Assembly: GCA_025457815.1 (NCBI GenBank) | Contig: JALOTQ010000001.1 | Coordinates: 17 to 64,016, forward strand | Direction of reading: 5' to 3' | Length of the DNA: 64,000 nucleotides | Source of the DNA: Thermoplasmata archaeon | Lineage (GTDB): Archaea > Thermoplasmatota > Thermoplasmata > UBA10834 | Part shown: piece after piece, positions 1 to 8,128 of the stretch | How the letters are laid out: every line of letters begins with the position of its first letter | Position numbering within the stretch: the first letter of the stretch is position 1 | Made by a program: the position numbers and the translations under genes | The notes under the pieces: model-generated | Told to the model about the DNA's origin: nothing | Databases searched by the model: none | The model's input: only the letters and a program-made list of their open reading frames with translations

Positions 1-327
1 GTCACGGCCGTCTCTGAGCGCGAGGCGCAGTTCGAGTTCAGGTTCACGGTCAGCTACATGGGCGTGGGAATGATCAAGATCGAGGGCCGGCTTGCCTGGG
101 ACGGCGACGCCAAGACGCTGTCCACTCAATGGGGCCAGACGAACCAGCTTCCCAACGAGGTCTTCGGGCCTGTGCTCACCGCGATCTATGCCAACTGCAT
201 GCCCGCCGCGATAATCTCCGCGAGGGACCTTGCGCTCCCTCCGCCGTTACCGCCGCCTCAGTTCCAGGGGCAGCCCCAGCAGAAACCGAGCAGCAAGGAC
301 AAGGGCAGGTCAATGGAAGTAGCGTGA
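1..327 (+). CDS. 5'-truncated conserved archaeal hypothetical protein with Pro-rich C-terminal tail
   Basis: Frame is open from base 1 (VTAVSEREAQFEFRFTVSYMG...) to TGA at 325-327; typical codon usage; LPPPLPPP motif. Confidence 0.7.
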   Translation, partial: VTAVSEREAQFEFRFTVSYMGVGMIKIEGRLAWDGDAKTLSTQWGQTNQLPNEVFGPVLTAIYANCMPAAIISARDLALPPPLPPPQFQGQPQQKPSSKDKGRSMEVA

Positions 328-347
328 GCGGTTCGATCCTTCCGCGC

Positions 348-2759
348 TCACCTTATGTGGTCCAGCGAGAACGAGCCGATCGTGACTGAGGCTTTGGACG
401 CGGAGTATCTGATGAACGCTCGGGACTGCACGTCGCAGATGCCCTTCACTGACAGGAAAGTGTTCAGGTTCTCCACCTTGAACTCGATCATGCCATCCAT
501 CAGCGAGCCTATCATCTGTATCTCCTGCTCGCCATGGACGCCCTTCTCGATGGTGTACATCGCGACGGCGCGGTCTCTCTTCCTCCTGCCGACGACCGGG
601 CTTAGGAACCTGAAGGCCGTCCCTGGGTCGAGGTAGGCAATCAGTGTGGAGATCGATCTGAACGCGACCCTGTAGTACTCGTGCTTGTCCTTGAAAGTCT
701 TCGATGCGCTCTCGACCGCCTTCTGTATGGACTCGTAGTCCGTTGGAGCTTCGATGTAGTCGGTGTACGGGTCCTGCGTTTCGTCGCCCATGCTCCTCGA
801 ATATGCGTCGATGTACCGGACGAGGCCCAGCTTCTCATACTCCTCGTAGCCCGAGACAACGAATCCCATCTCCTCGCGTATCTCCTTCGGGGTCTTCTCC
901 GTCAGGATCCACATCGCTGGAATCCCTTTCTTCAGCCCCTCGGCGATGAACACGCTCATCAGGACCTCCTTCCCGGTGAACGGCGGGCCATAGACGAGGA
1001 CGTTTGAGCCGAAGGGTATGCCTCCGAGGAGCAGGTCGTCGAGCCTGGTTGTGCCCGTCTTGATCTTCTCCTGCTTGAACTCCAGCATACGGTCCTGCTC
1101 GCGTTTCTCGATCTCCTCGGAGATGACGCCCTGTTCCCTCATCCGGAGCTCTTCCTCTTTCGACGCGAGGTACTTCTCCTTGTTCCTGATCTCCTCTTCC
1201 TTGGCGTTCACCTCGGCCTTCAGCTCCTCGAGGCGTTTCTTGAGAGTGAGTTCGTCCTGGGAACCGAGTTCGGCCTTGGTCTGGGAAACCTTCTTGAGCT
1301 CCTCTTGGAGGAGCTTCTCGCGGAACATGAGGTCCTCTTCGCGCCTGAGCATCTCCTCCTCCTTGTAGCGCATCGGCTCCCTGACCTTCTGCAGCTCCTC
1401 TTCGCGTATCTTGAGGTCCTCCCTCAGCCTCTGGGCCTCCTGTTCCCTCACCGCCAACGTCCGCTCGAGCCTCTGGGCATCCTCGACCTTTCGCAGCAAC
1501 TCCTTGTCGATGCCCTTGCCCGTTCCGCCGGATATCTTCAGCATCTCGTCCTTCTGCTTGATCGTGACCTCGGCCTCGGCCATCCTCGCCTCGAGTCCCT
1601 GGATCTTCGCCACCAGCTCGAGCTCCTTCTGCTCGTACTCGGCCAGCCTCTGGGTCGACACCGAATCAGCCCTCGGCTCTGCCAGCGTGACCGTTCCGGC
1701 CAGGGCACCCTGGCTCAAAGCCTCCTCCTTCGAGAGGAGCTGTCTCTGCATGGCGTCGAGCTCGGCCTGCCTTTCGACAAGCGACAGCTCTAGCCGCTTC
1801 AGCTCCTGGGCCTCTGGCGGCAGTTCCTGGACCCCACTCTCGAGCTTCTCCTTGAGCATCGAGCTGGACTGTTCGAGCTGCATGATCCTGAGCTCCAGCC
1901 GCTCCCTCTGGGCCATCTCAGACGCGAGGGTGTCCGCGAGCGCCTTCTGGTCGGTCTCCGAGCCCTGCTGGTTCTTGATGAACTTGATGACCGCTATGCT
2001 CCCCCGCTTGACGTTATCCAGCTCCTCCTCGAGCTGCTTGGTCCTTAGGCGTTCAGACTCGAGAATGCCTTTGGTCCTGGCGAGCTCTTCGACCACCGCC
2101 TGTGGGTCGAACTCGCCCGATTCGAAAATCCTCAGCTTCTCCCTCAGGGTCTCCCTGAGCTGTATCAGCTCGGCCTCTCTGGCGAGCAGCTCGTTCGGAC
2201 CGATCGGGTGCGCGGGCGTCGGCTCCGCAGTCCTGGTCTCCTCGAGCCAGACGTTCACGTCTTCCTCCTCCCCGGCAAGCCATCTTGCCAGAGAGTCGTC
2301 CCTGGGGGCTTCCTTGTTGGCCACGGTCGCCTCTGGCTGCGGCCTCTCGTCGCCGGATAGCCACTGGTCCAGGTCGTCCTGTTCGCCTGACAGCCAGCCG
2401 GCCAGCGAGGTATCCTGCGGCTTCCCGAGACTTCTCGCGCCCTCGATTATCTTGGCCGCGAGCCTCTCGCCGATGCCCTTGACTGAAGAGAGCTCCTCGA
2501 CGCTCGCCTTCTGGACATCCTCCACAGACCTGTAGCCGGCCTCGTGGAGCGTCTCAGCCTTCGCTTCGCCCACGCCGGGGATCTGCCTGAGCACCTCGAG
2601 CCCGGAGTCGCCTTTGTCCTGACCGTTGCCCGTTTCCTCAGAGCCGTCAGACTTGAGGCTGCTGTAGCAGTGGTCGCACTTCGCCGAGCCAACAGGCGAG
2701 ATGGTGCCACAGATGGGGCAGGTTACTCCGTCCTCCGGAGGTTTGCTATCGTCTGGCAT
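348..2759 (-). CDS. KaiC/RecA-superfamily domain protein with N-terminal Zn ribbon, helix-hairpin-helix and long coiled coil
   Basis: CPICG..CDHC; IPGVG..KA/VKGIG HhH; E/K/L-rich coiled coil; TGTTRLDDLLLGGIP, GPPFTGKE; ATG at 2759 has GGAG upstream. Confidence 0.85.
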   Translation of the reverse strand: MPDDSKPPEDGVTCPICGTISPVGSAKCDHCYSSLKSDGSEETGNGQDKGDSGLEVLRQIPGVGEAKAETLHEAGYRSVEDVQKASVEELSSVKGIGERLAAKIIEGARSLGKPQDTSLAGWLSGEQDDLDQWLSGDERPQPEATVANKEAPRDDSLARWLAGEEEDVNVWLEETRTAEPTPAHPIGPNELLAREAELIQLRETLREKLRIFESGEFDPQAVVEELARTKGILESERLRTKQLEEELDNVKRGSIAVIKFIKNQQGSETDQKALADTLASEMAQRERLELRIMQLEQSSSMLKEKLESGVQELPPEAQELKRLELSLVERQAELDAMQRQLLSKEEALSQGALAGTVTLAEPRADSVSTQRLAEYEQKELELVAKIQGLEARMAEAEVTIKQKDEMLKISGGTGKGIDKELLRKVEDAQRLERTLAVREQEAQRLREDLKIREEELQKVREPMRYKEEEMLRREEDLMFREKLLQEELKKVSQTKAELGSQDELTLKKRLEELKAEVNAKEEEIRNKEKYLASKEEELRMREQGVISEEIEKREQDRMLEFKQEKIKTGTTRLDDLLLGGIPFGSNVLVYGPPFTGKEVLMSVFIAEGLKKGIPAMWILTEKTPKEIREEMGFVVSGYEEYEKLGLVRYIDAYSRSMGDETQDPYTDYIEAPTDYESIQKAVESASKTFKDKHEYYRVAFRSISTLIAYLDPGTAFRFLSPVVGRRKRDRAVAMYTIEKGVHGEQEIQMIGSLMDGMIEFKVENLNTFLSVKGICDVQSRAFIRYSASKASVTIGSFSLDHIR

Positions 2760-2877
2760 CTGCTCTCCTAGATCGAACCTGATGGGTTGGGGGAACACGG
2801 GACCGGCATAAGCCGATTTTGATGGAACCGCATCTTACACTCGTTTTGTCCCGTCCTGATTCTAAATACCTGGATTG

Positions 2878-2910
2878 AAATATATATAGTTACCCGACTG
2901 GGAATCGGGT
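2878..2910. promoter_or_regulatory. TATA-like element of a divergent promoter plus adjacent inverted repeat ACCCGA-N7-TCGGGT
   Basis: AAATATATATA at 2878-2888 in a GC-rich background between divergent genes; inverted repeat at 2892-2910. Confidence 0.45.
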
Positions 2911-3073
2911 CTGGATATGAGATTCACGGACTGGCTTGTAAGCCCACGCTGAGCCCCCTCCGGGAGGCGGAGGCCGGGCCGAACCTCGCGGCCCCCCGCA
3001 ACCTTCCACGCGTAAGGCGGATGGAAGCCAAAATCAACAACTACCTTGTTGGGCATTCTCTACTGTCACATTC

Positions 3074-5530
3074 ATGGCCGAGGAGATGGAGAAGAAGAGG
3101 AAGGCAGACGAGAAGGACGAGCGGGTCGGTGTTTACGTTTGTCACTGCGGGACGAACATAGCATCGACGGTCGACTGCAAGGCGGTCTCAGAGTACGCTC
3201 AAGGGCTGAAGGGCGTCGTAGTCAGCAGAGACAACGTGTATACCTGCTCGGACCCCGGCCAGAACCAGATCGCGGACGACATCAAGAAGTACAACCTAAC
3301 GAAGGTCGTGGTGGCTTCCTGCTCTCCGAAGATGCACGAGAAGACCTTCAGGAAGACCTTGGAGGACGCGGGTCTCAACCCCTACTCCCTCGAGATGGTG
3401 AACATCAGGGAGCAGTGCTCATGGGTTCACAAAGACAAGGTCGAGGCCACCAAGAAGGCGAGGGATCTCGTCAGGGGCGGAGTCCAGAGGGCCGCTCGCC
3501 TGGAAGCGCTCTTCCCAAACGAGATCGGGATGTCCAAGGACATCCTGGTGGTCGGGGGCGGCATAGCCGGCATATCCGCATCCCTGCAACTGGCTAACTC
3601 AGGCTACAAGGTGTACCTCGTCGAGAGAGGCCCCAGCATCGGCGGCCGGATGGCCCAGCTCAGCAAGACCTTCCCGACGCTCGACTGCGCTCCATGCATA
3701 CTCAGCCCCCGCATGGTCGACGTCGGGTCCAATCCGAACATAGCGCTGTTCACGAGCTCGGAAGTCGTTGAGTTCTCAGGATTCCCGGGCAATTACAAGG
3801 TGAAGGTCAGGACCAAGGCGCGAGGAGTGGACCCCAAGAAGTGCATCGGGTGCGCGAAGTGCGAGAGGGTGTGCCCGGCGAAGACCCCGAACGAGTTCGA
3901 GGAGTGTCTCTACGAGCGGAAGGCGATCTACAAGCCGTTCCCGCAGGCGGTCCCTGCGTCCTACATACTGGATTTCGAGAAGTGCAAGAAGTGCGGCGCG
4001 TGCGTCAAGGTCTGCTCCGCCCACGCCATAGACATGGAGGACAAGGAGAAGTTCCAGGAGTTCGAGGTCGGCGCGGTGATCATGGCAACCGGGTTCGACC
4101 CGTTCGACGTGAAGAAGCTGAAGGAGTACGACACATCCCTCCCAGACGTGATCACTGGCACTCAGATGGAGCGCCTGATGATCAACGAATGCGGCGCGGG
4201 CATGGTGCTGAAGCGCAAGGCTGATGGGAACCGGGTCAAGAAGGTCGCGTACGTGCTCTGCGCCGGCTCCCGGACCAGGAAGGTCGGGGTGCCTTACTGC
4301 AGCAAGATATGCTGCAACTATGCTATCAAGCAGTCAGTCATCCTTCGCAAGACCTTCCCCTACATGCAGGTCTACATCTACTACATCGACATCAGGGCCG
4401 CCGGCCGCGGGTTCGAGGAGTTCTACGTCCGCGCTCAGGAGGAGTACGGAATCAAGTTCATCCACGGCAAGGTCGCGGAGATAAACAAGGGCACGACGGG
4501 CATCTCCGTCAGAGCCGAGGATGTTACGCTCGGGGAGATCATAGAGAACGAGTTCGACATGGTGGTCCTGTGCACCGCGATGCTCCCGTCGAAGGGGACC
4601 GACGAGCTCGCGAAGCTTCTGAAGGTGCCGCTCGGCGAGGACGGGTTCGTGTCGGAGAAGCACCCGAAGCTCGATCCCGTCTCGACGCACAGGTCAGGCT
4701 TGTTCGCCGCGGGCGTGGTCCTTGGTCCGAAGGACGTCCGGGATAGCGTCGTCGACGGGAGGAGCACCGCTGCCCATGCGATAGAGTTCCTGGGCACAGG
4801 GAAGATGCTCGTCGATCCCGTGAAGGCGTATGTCGCCGACGGGACCAAGTGCACCAAGTGGAAGGCCTGCGAGGCCATATGCCCGGTCAGGGCCATTACT
4901 GTCGATGAGTTCCCGCGGATCGACTCCATCGCGTGCATAGGGTGTGGGGCGTGCGTGTCGGAGTGTCCTGAGCGGGTCTTCGACCTCGCGCACTATACCG
5001 ACTCCCAAATCGAGGCCGAGATGGACGGGATACTTGCCGAGCAATCCCCCGATGTCAGGATCCTCGGCCTGTTCGGCGATGTCCTGGCGTATGTGGCTGC
5101 AGACAGCGCTGGCACGGCGCGGTTGGAGTATCCGACCTCAGTAAGGATCATGCGTGTGCCTTCGGCTGCGAGGATCGCGAGGCGGGAGATACTCCGCGCG
5201 TTCGCCCTTGGCGCCGACGGGGTGCTGCTCTCCGATGAGGAGGGCGGCGAGGTCGCGCACATTGTCGAGGAGCGGCTGAAGGCTCTCGGGCCGGAGCTCG
5301 ACTCGCTCGGCATAGGGAAGGACCGCGTGACCTTCGTCCCGATGCTCCTGCCAGTGTACAAGGTTCTGCCCAAGTACGTCGATACCTTCGACAAGAAGGT
5401 GAAGCAGCTCGGCAAACTCTCCTCAGAGGCAAGGGCGAAAGCTCTGGAGGCCTCCAGGAAGCCCTACTCTCCCGTGTTCGGCCCGAAAGGGACCGCATCC
5501 GGAGGCGAGCCCTCGCACGCAGGTCATTGA
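3074..5530 (+). CDS. hdrA: Heterodisulfide reductase subunit A-like flavoprotein with C-terminal MvhD-like domain
   Basis: GVYVCHCG, SCSP, VVGGGIAG FAD motif, KTFPTLDCAPC, ferredoxin motifs, CAGSR..CSKICC, HPKL; tail resembles MvhD (AADSAGTARLEYP..GADGV). Confidence 0.9.
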   Translation: MAEEMEKKRKADEKDERVGVYVCHCGTNIASTVDCKAVSEYAQGLKGVVVSRDNVYTCSDPGQNQIADDIKKYNLTKVVVASCSPKMHEKTFRKTLEDAGLNPYSLEMVNIREQCSWVHKDKVEATKKARDLVRGGVQRAARLEALFPNEIGMSKDILVVGGGIAGISASLQLANSGYKVYLVERGPSIGGRMAQLSKTFPTLDCAPCILSPRMVDVGSNPNIALFTSSEVVEFSGFPGNYKVKVRTKARGVDPKKCIGCAKCERVCPAKTPNEFEECLYERKAIYKPFPQAVPASYILDFEKCKKCGACVKVCSAHAIDMEDKEKFQEFEVGAVIMATGFDPFDVKKLKEYDTSLPDVITGTQMERLMINECGAGMVLKRKADGNRVKKVAYVLCAGSRTRKVGVPYCSKICCNYAIKQSVILRKTFPYMQVYIYYIDIRAAGRGFEEFYVRAQEEYGIKFIHGKVAEINKGTTGISVRAEDVTLGEIIENEFDMVVLCTAMLPSKGTDELAKLLKVPLGEDGFVSEKHPKLDPVSTHRSGLFAAGVVLGPKDVRDSVVDGRSTAAHAIEFLGTGKMLVDPVKAYVADGTKCTKWKACEAICPVRAITVDEFPRIDSIACIGCGACVSECPERVFDLAHYTDSQIEAEMDGILAEQSPDVRILGLFGDVLAYVAADSAGTARLEYPTSVRIMRVPSAARIARREILRAFALGADGVLLSDEEGGEVAHIVEERLKALGPELDSLGIGKDRVTFVPMLLPVYKVLPKYVDTFDKKVKQLGKLSSEARAKALEASRKPYSPVFGPKGTASGGEPSHAGH

Positions 5531-5638
5531 CGCGCCTGCTCGCGTGCTGTAGTGGAAACCGCCTTTGGTAAACGTATTTATATTCAGACCTTCAATAAGA
5601 ATTGGTATTCCAGGTCTGGCACCTGCGAGTGATCTGAG

Positions 5639-5806
5639 ATGGAGAAACGTGTGCTCGTCAAGATTAACAGGGACAAGACGGAGTTGTCTCTCCACGAGGT
5701 ACTCGACAAGATCAAGGAGCTGCAGGAGAAGAACCCGGACATGGACGTCTTCTTTGACGGGGACCAGTACGCGATCTGCGGAAGGGTGAGGAAGGCTCCG
5801 GAGTAG
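5639..5806 (+). CDS. Small hypothetical protein (55 aa), not in the ORF track
   Basis: ATG 5639 to TAG 5806: MEKRVLVKINRDKTELSLHEVLDKIKELQEKNPDMDVFFDGDQYAICGRVRKAPE; strong host codon usage; TATA-like TATTTATA near 5575. Confidence 0.75.
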   Translation: MEKRVLVKINRDKTELSLHEVLDKIKELQEKNPDMDVFFDGDQYAICGRVRKAPE

Positions 5807-5850
5807 GAAGAGTTCTTAGAGCAGGCATGTACATTGCCGGAGCGAAAGCA

Positions 5851-6381
5851 ATGCCGGGCCGAGCCACCATAGGACTCTACAACTCATACGATCCGATCAA
5901 GTTCCACGAGTCGCACAGACGAGCCTTGGCAAGGGCCGGCCCGTTGGCGCTCGCGTTCGACTGCAACTTGACCACGTTCGGCTTCCCATACGACAAGGAC
6001 CTCAGCACGCCGATCGAAATCGCCCAGTGGGTTTCCACAACGACGAGCATCGGCGAGAGCGGGGCGTATCTCGTCGAGCTGTCCCAGAAGGGCAGGTTCT
6101 CGTGCTTCGATTTCCCCAAGAAGGGCTTTCCACCACAGCTGGGCGAGGTCGTGATAACGACGAGGAAACCCTCACGCGATAAGAGCGTCAGTTCCCAGGA
6201 GGTGCGCTCCACGCTCAAATCCGGCAGATCCGTTCTTCTCGTCTTCGGCCTGGGCCCGCGCGGCCTTCCCAAGGAAGTCTTCGACATGTGCGACAAGCAT
6301 CTCGACATCACCGGCAGAGGGCTCTCGCTTGAGACATGCACTGCGCTGGGCACCGTGATAGGCTCGCTCCTGGGCAAGTGA
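5851..6381 (+). CDS. DUF531-like protein, predicted SPOUT-class methyltransferase
   Basis: TIGLYNSYD..HRRALARAGP..AFDCNL; C-terminal GLGPRGLP..HLDITG..LETCTA SPOUT-like knot. Confidence 0.75.
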   Translation: MPGRATIGLYNSYDPIKFHESHRRALARAGPLALAFDCNLTTFGFPYDKDLSTPIEIAQWVSTTTSIGESGAYLVELSQKGRFSCFDFPKKGFPPQLGEVVITTRKPSRDKSVSSQEVRSTLKSGRSVLLVFGLGPRGLPKEVFDMCDKHLDITGRGLSLETCTALGTVIGSLLGK

Positions 6382-6384
6382 CTC

Positions 6385-7407
6385 TCAGTACTTCGAGTAC
6401 TTCAGCCCCATATCCGGGACCGCTATCGAATCAGACTTCAATGCCTGGCCCACAATCTTCGCGCCCTTTCCCGCGGCCTTCACCGCAGCATCCGCATGCC
6501 TGTCAGGGACGACCATGCAGAAGCCCATGCCCATGTTGAAGATCTGATACATCTCCTGGTCAGAGACTCTACCGAGGTCCTGCAGAACGCCGAAGACGGC
6601 CTGAGGCCTCATCGGGGACTCGATCTCGAATCCAATCCCCCTTTTGAGCCGAATCAGGTTCCTCAATCCTCCCCCGGTGATGTTCGCCATGCCCCGGACG
6701 TCGAACTTCGCCGTGAGGCCCAGCACCTTCCTGACGTATATCTCGGTCGGCTCGAGCAGTTCAAGGCCGATCGGCCGGTTGAGCCCCTTCACCCTGTCCC
6801 TGTACCCCAGCCCGTTCTTCTCCACAATCTTCCTTGCCAGAGTCAGGCCGTTCGAGTGTATGCCCGAGCTGGGCAATCCGATCAGAGCGTCGCCTGCCTT
6901 GATCCTATCGCCAGTGATGATGCTTTTCTTCTTGACCATTCCAAGGCATGTTCCCGCCAGGTCGAACCCCTTCACCAGCTCCGGGAGGACAGCGATCTCG
7001 CCTCCGACGATGGTCATGTTGGACATGGCCGCCCCGGCCTCGAGCCCCTTCCCCACCTGTGATGTGACCTTCTCGTCCGGCCTGTCTATCGCGATGTAAT
7101 CGACGAATGCAATCGGTTCCGAGCCTACGCAGATGGTGTCGTTCACGTTCATCGCGATGCAGTCGATGCCGACGGTGTCCCATTTCTTGAGCGCGTCGGC
7201 GACGAGGAGCTTCGTGCCAACCCCGTCAGTGCATAGTGTGAGGGCGTAGTCCCCGAAGTCTATCAGGCCAGTGAAATGGCCCGGCAGATCGATGGGCTTC
7301 CCGAACCCTTTCCTCTGATACTTCAGATGCCCCACGAGCGCGGCGATGCTGCTAGATTTCTTGTCAATGTCGACTCCGGCCTTCGCATAGGTCATGCCCT
7401 TTGGCAA
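6385..7407 (-). CDS. purM: Phosphoribosylaminoimidazole (AIR) synthetase
   Basis: TYAKAGVDI, DGVGTK, AMNVND, SSGIHSNG, ITGGG, FNMGMG; start TTG 7407 or ATG 7395. Confidence 0.95.
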   Translation of the reverse strand: MPKGMTYAKAGVDIDKKSSSIAALVGHLKYQRKGFGKPIDLPGHFTGLIDFGDYALTLCTDGVGTKLLVADALKKWDTVGIDCIAMNVNDTICVGSEPIAFVDYIAIDRPDEKVTSQVGKGLEAGAAMSNMTIVGGEIAVLPELVKGFDLAGTCLGMVKKKSIITGDRIKAGDALIGLPSSGIHSNGLTLARKIVEKNGLGYRDRVKGLNRPIGLELLEPTEIYVRKVLGLTAKFDVRGMANITGGGLRNLIRLKRGIGFEIESPMRPQAVFGVLQDLGRVSDQEMYQIFNMGMGFCMVVPDRHADAAVKAAGKGAKIVGQALKSDSIAVPDMGLKYSKY

Positions 7408-7508
7408 GGTACTCCCCCGCTCTGCGGTCAGGCGATTGCGTCCGCCGCCTAAACCTTTTGCGTCGCCGCGCAGGAAACAATATCTCAGAGTACGGGATTC
7501 AGACGTCC

Positions 7509-8114
7509 GTGACGAAGCAGTGGAGAAGCAACCGCAAGAGGGACAAGTACTACCGCAAGGCCAAGCGGGAGCACTACAGGAGTCGTGCGGTCTACAAGCT
7601 GAAGCAGCTGGACTACAAGTACGACATCATCAGGCAGGGCGACGTCATCGTCGACCTGGGGGCATCGCCTGGCGGATGGTCACAGGTGGCACTCGAGCTC
7701 GGCGGGCCGGAGTCCAGGATATTCGCAGTCGACCTCGACCGGATGGCGCCGATCGAGGGGGTCACGTTCATCAGAGGGGACATTAGGGACCAGGACATCG
7801 TCGACAGGCTCCGTGAGATGGTCCCAGACGGCGTCGACGCGGTCATCTCGGACATGTCCCCCGACATCAGCGGGAACTACTCCTACGATCACGCCCGCTC
7901 GATCGAGCTCTGCGAACACGCCCTGCGATTCGGGGACAAGGTGCTCAAGGAAGGCGGCAACTTCCTCTGCAAGATGTTCTACGGCGACATGAGCGGCGGT
8001 TTCGTCAGAAAGGTGAAGCCATTGTTCAGCGAAGTGCACTTGGACCATCCGAAGGCCTCCCGGGCGAGCAGCTCTGAGGTCTATGTGGTCGCGCTCGAGT
8101 ACCGTCTTGGCTGA
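7509..8114 (+). CDS. rlmE: 23S rRNA 2'-O-methyltransferase (RlmE/FtsJ family)
   Basis: YRSRAVYKL, DLGASPGGWSQ, SDMSP, KASR..SSEVY; likely GTG start at 7509. Confidence 0.92.
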   Translation: MTKQWRSNRKRDKYYRKAKREHYRSRAVYKLKQLDYKYDIIRQGDVIVDLGASPGGWSQVALELGGPESRIFAVDLDRMAPIEGVTFIRGDIRDQDIVDRLREMVPDGVDAVISDMSPDISGNYSYDHARSIELCEHALRFGDKVLKEGGNFLCKMFYGDMSGGFVRKVKPLFSEVHLDHPKASRASSSEVYVVALEYRLG

Positions 8115-8128
8115 GTCTAGACTCAGAA

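Noticed and set aside
1411-2535. Ser-rich 374-aa ORF
   Set aside because: Reverse-complement artefact of the Glu/Lys-rich coiled coil
2898-3005. Fragments resembling a cobalamin riboswitch (GGGAA..., CCCCGCAAC) or a SECIS element
   Set aside because: Spacing and the remaining consensus do not match; hdrA has no in-frame TGA
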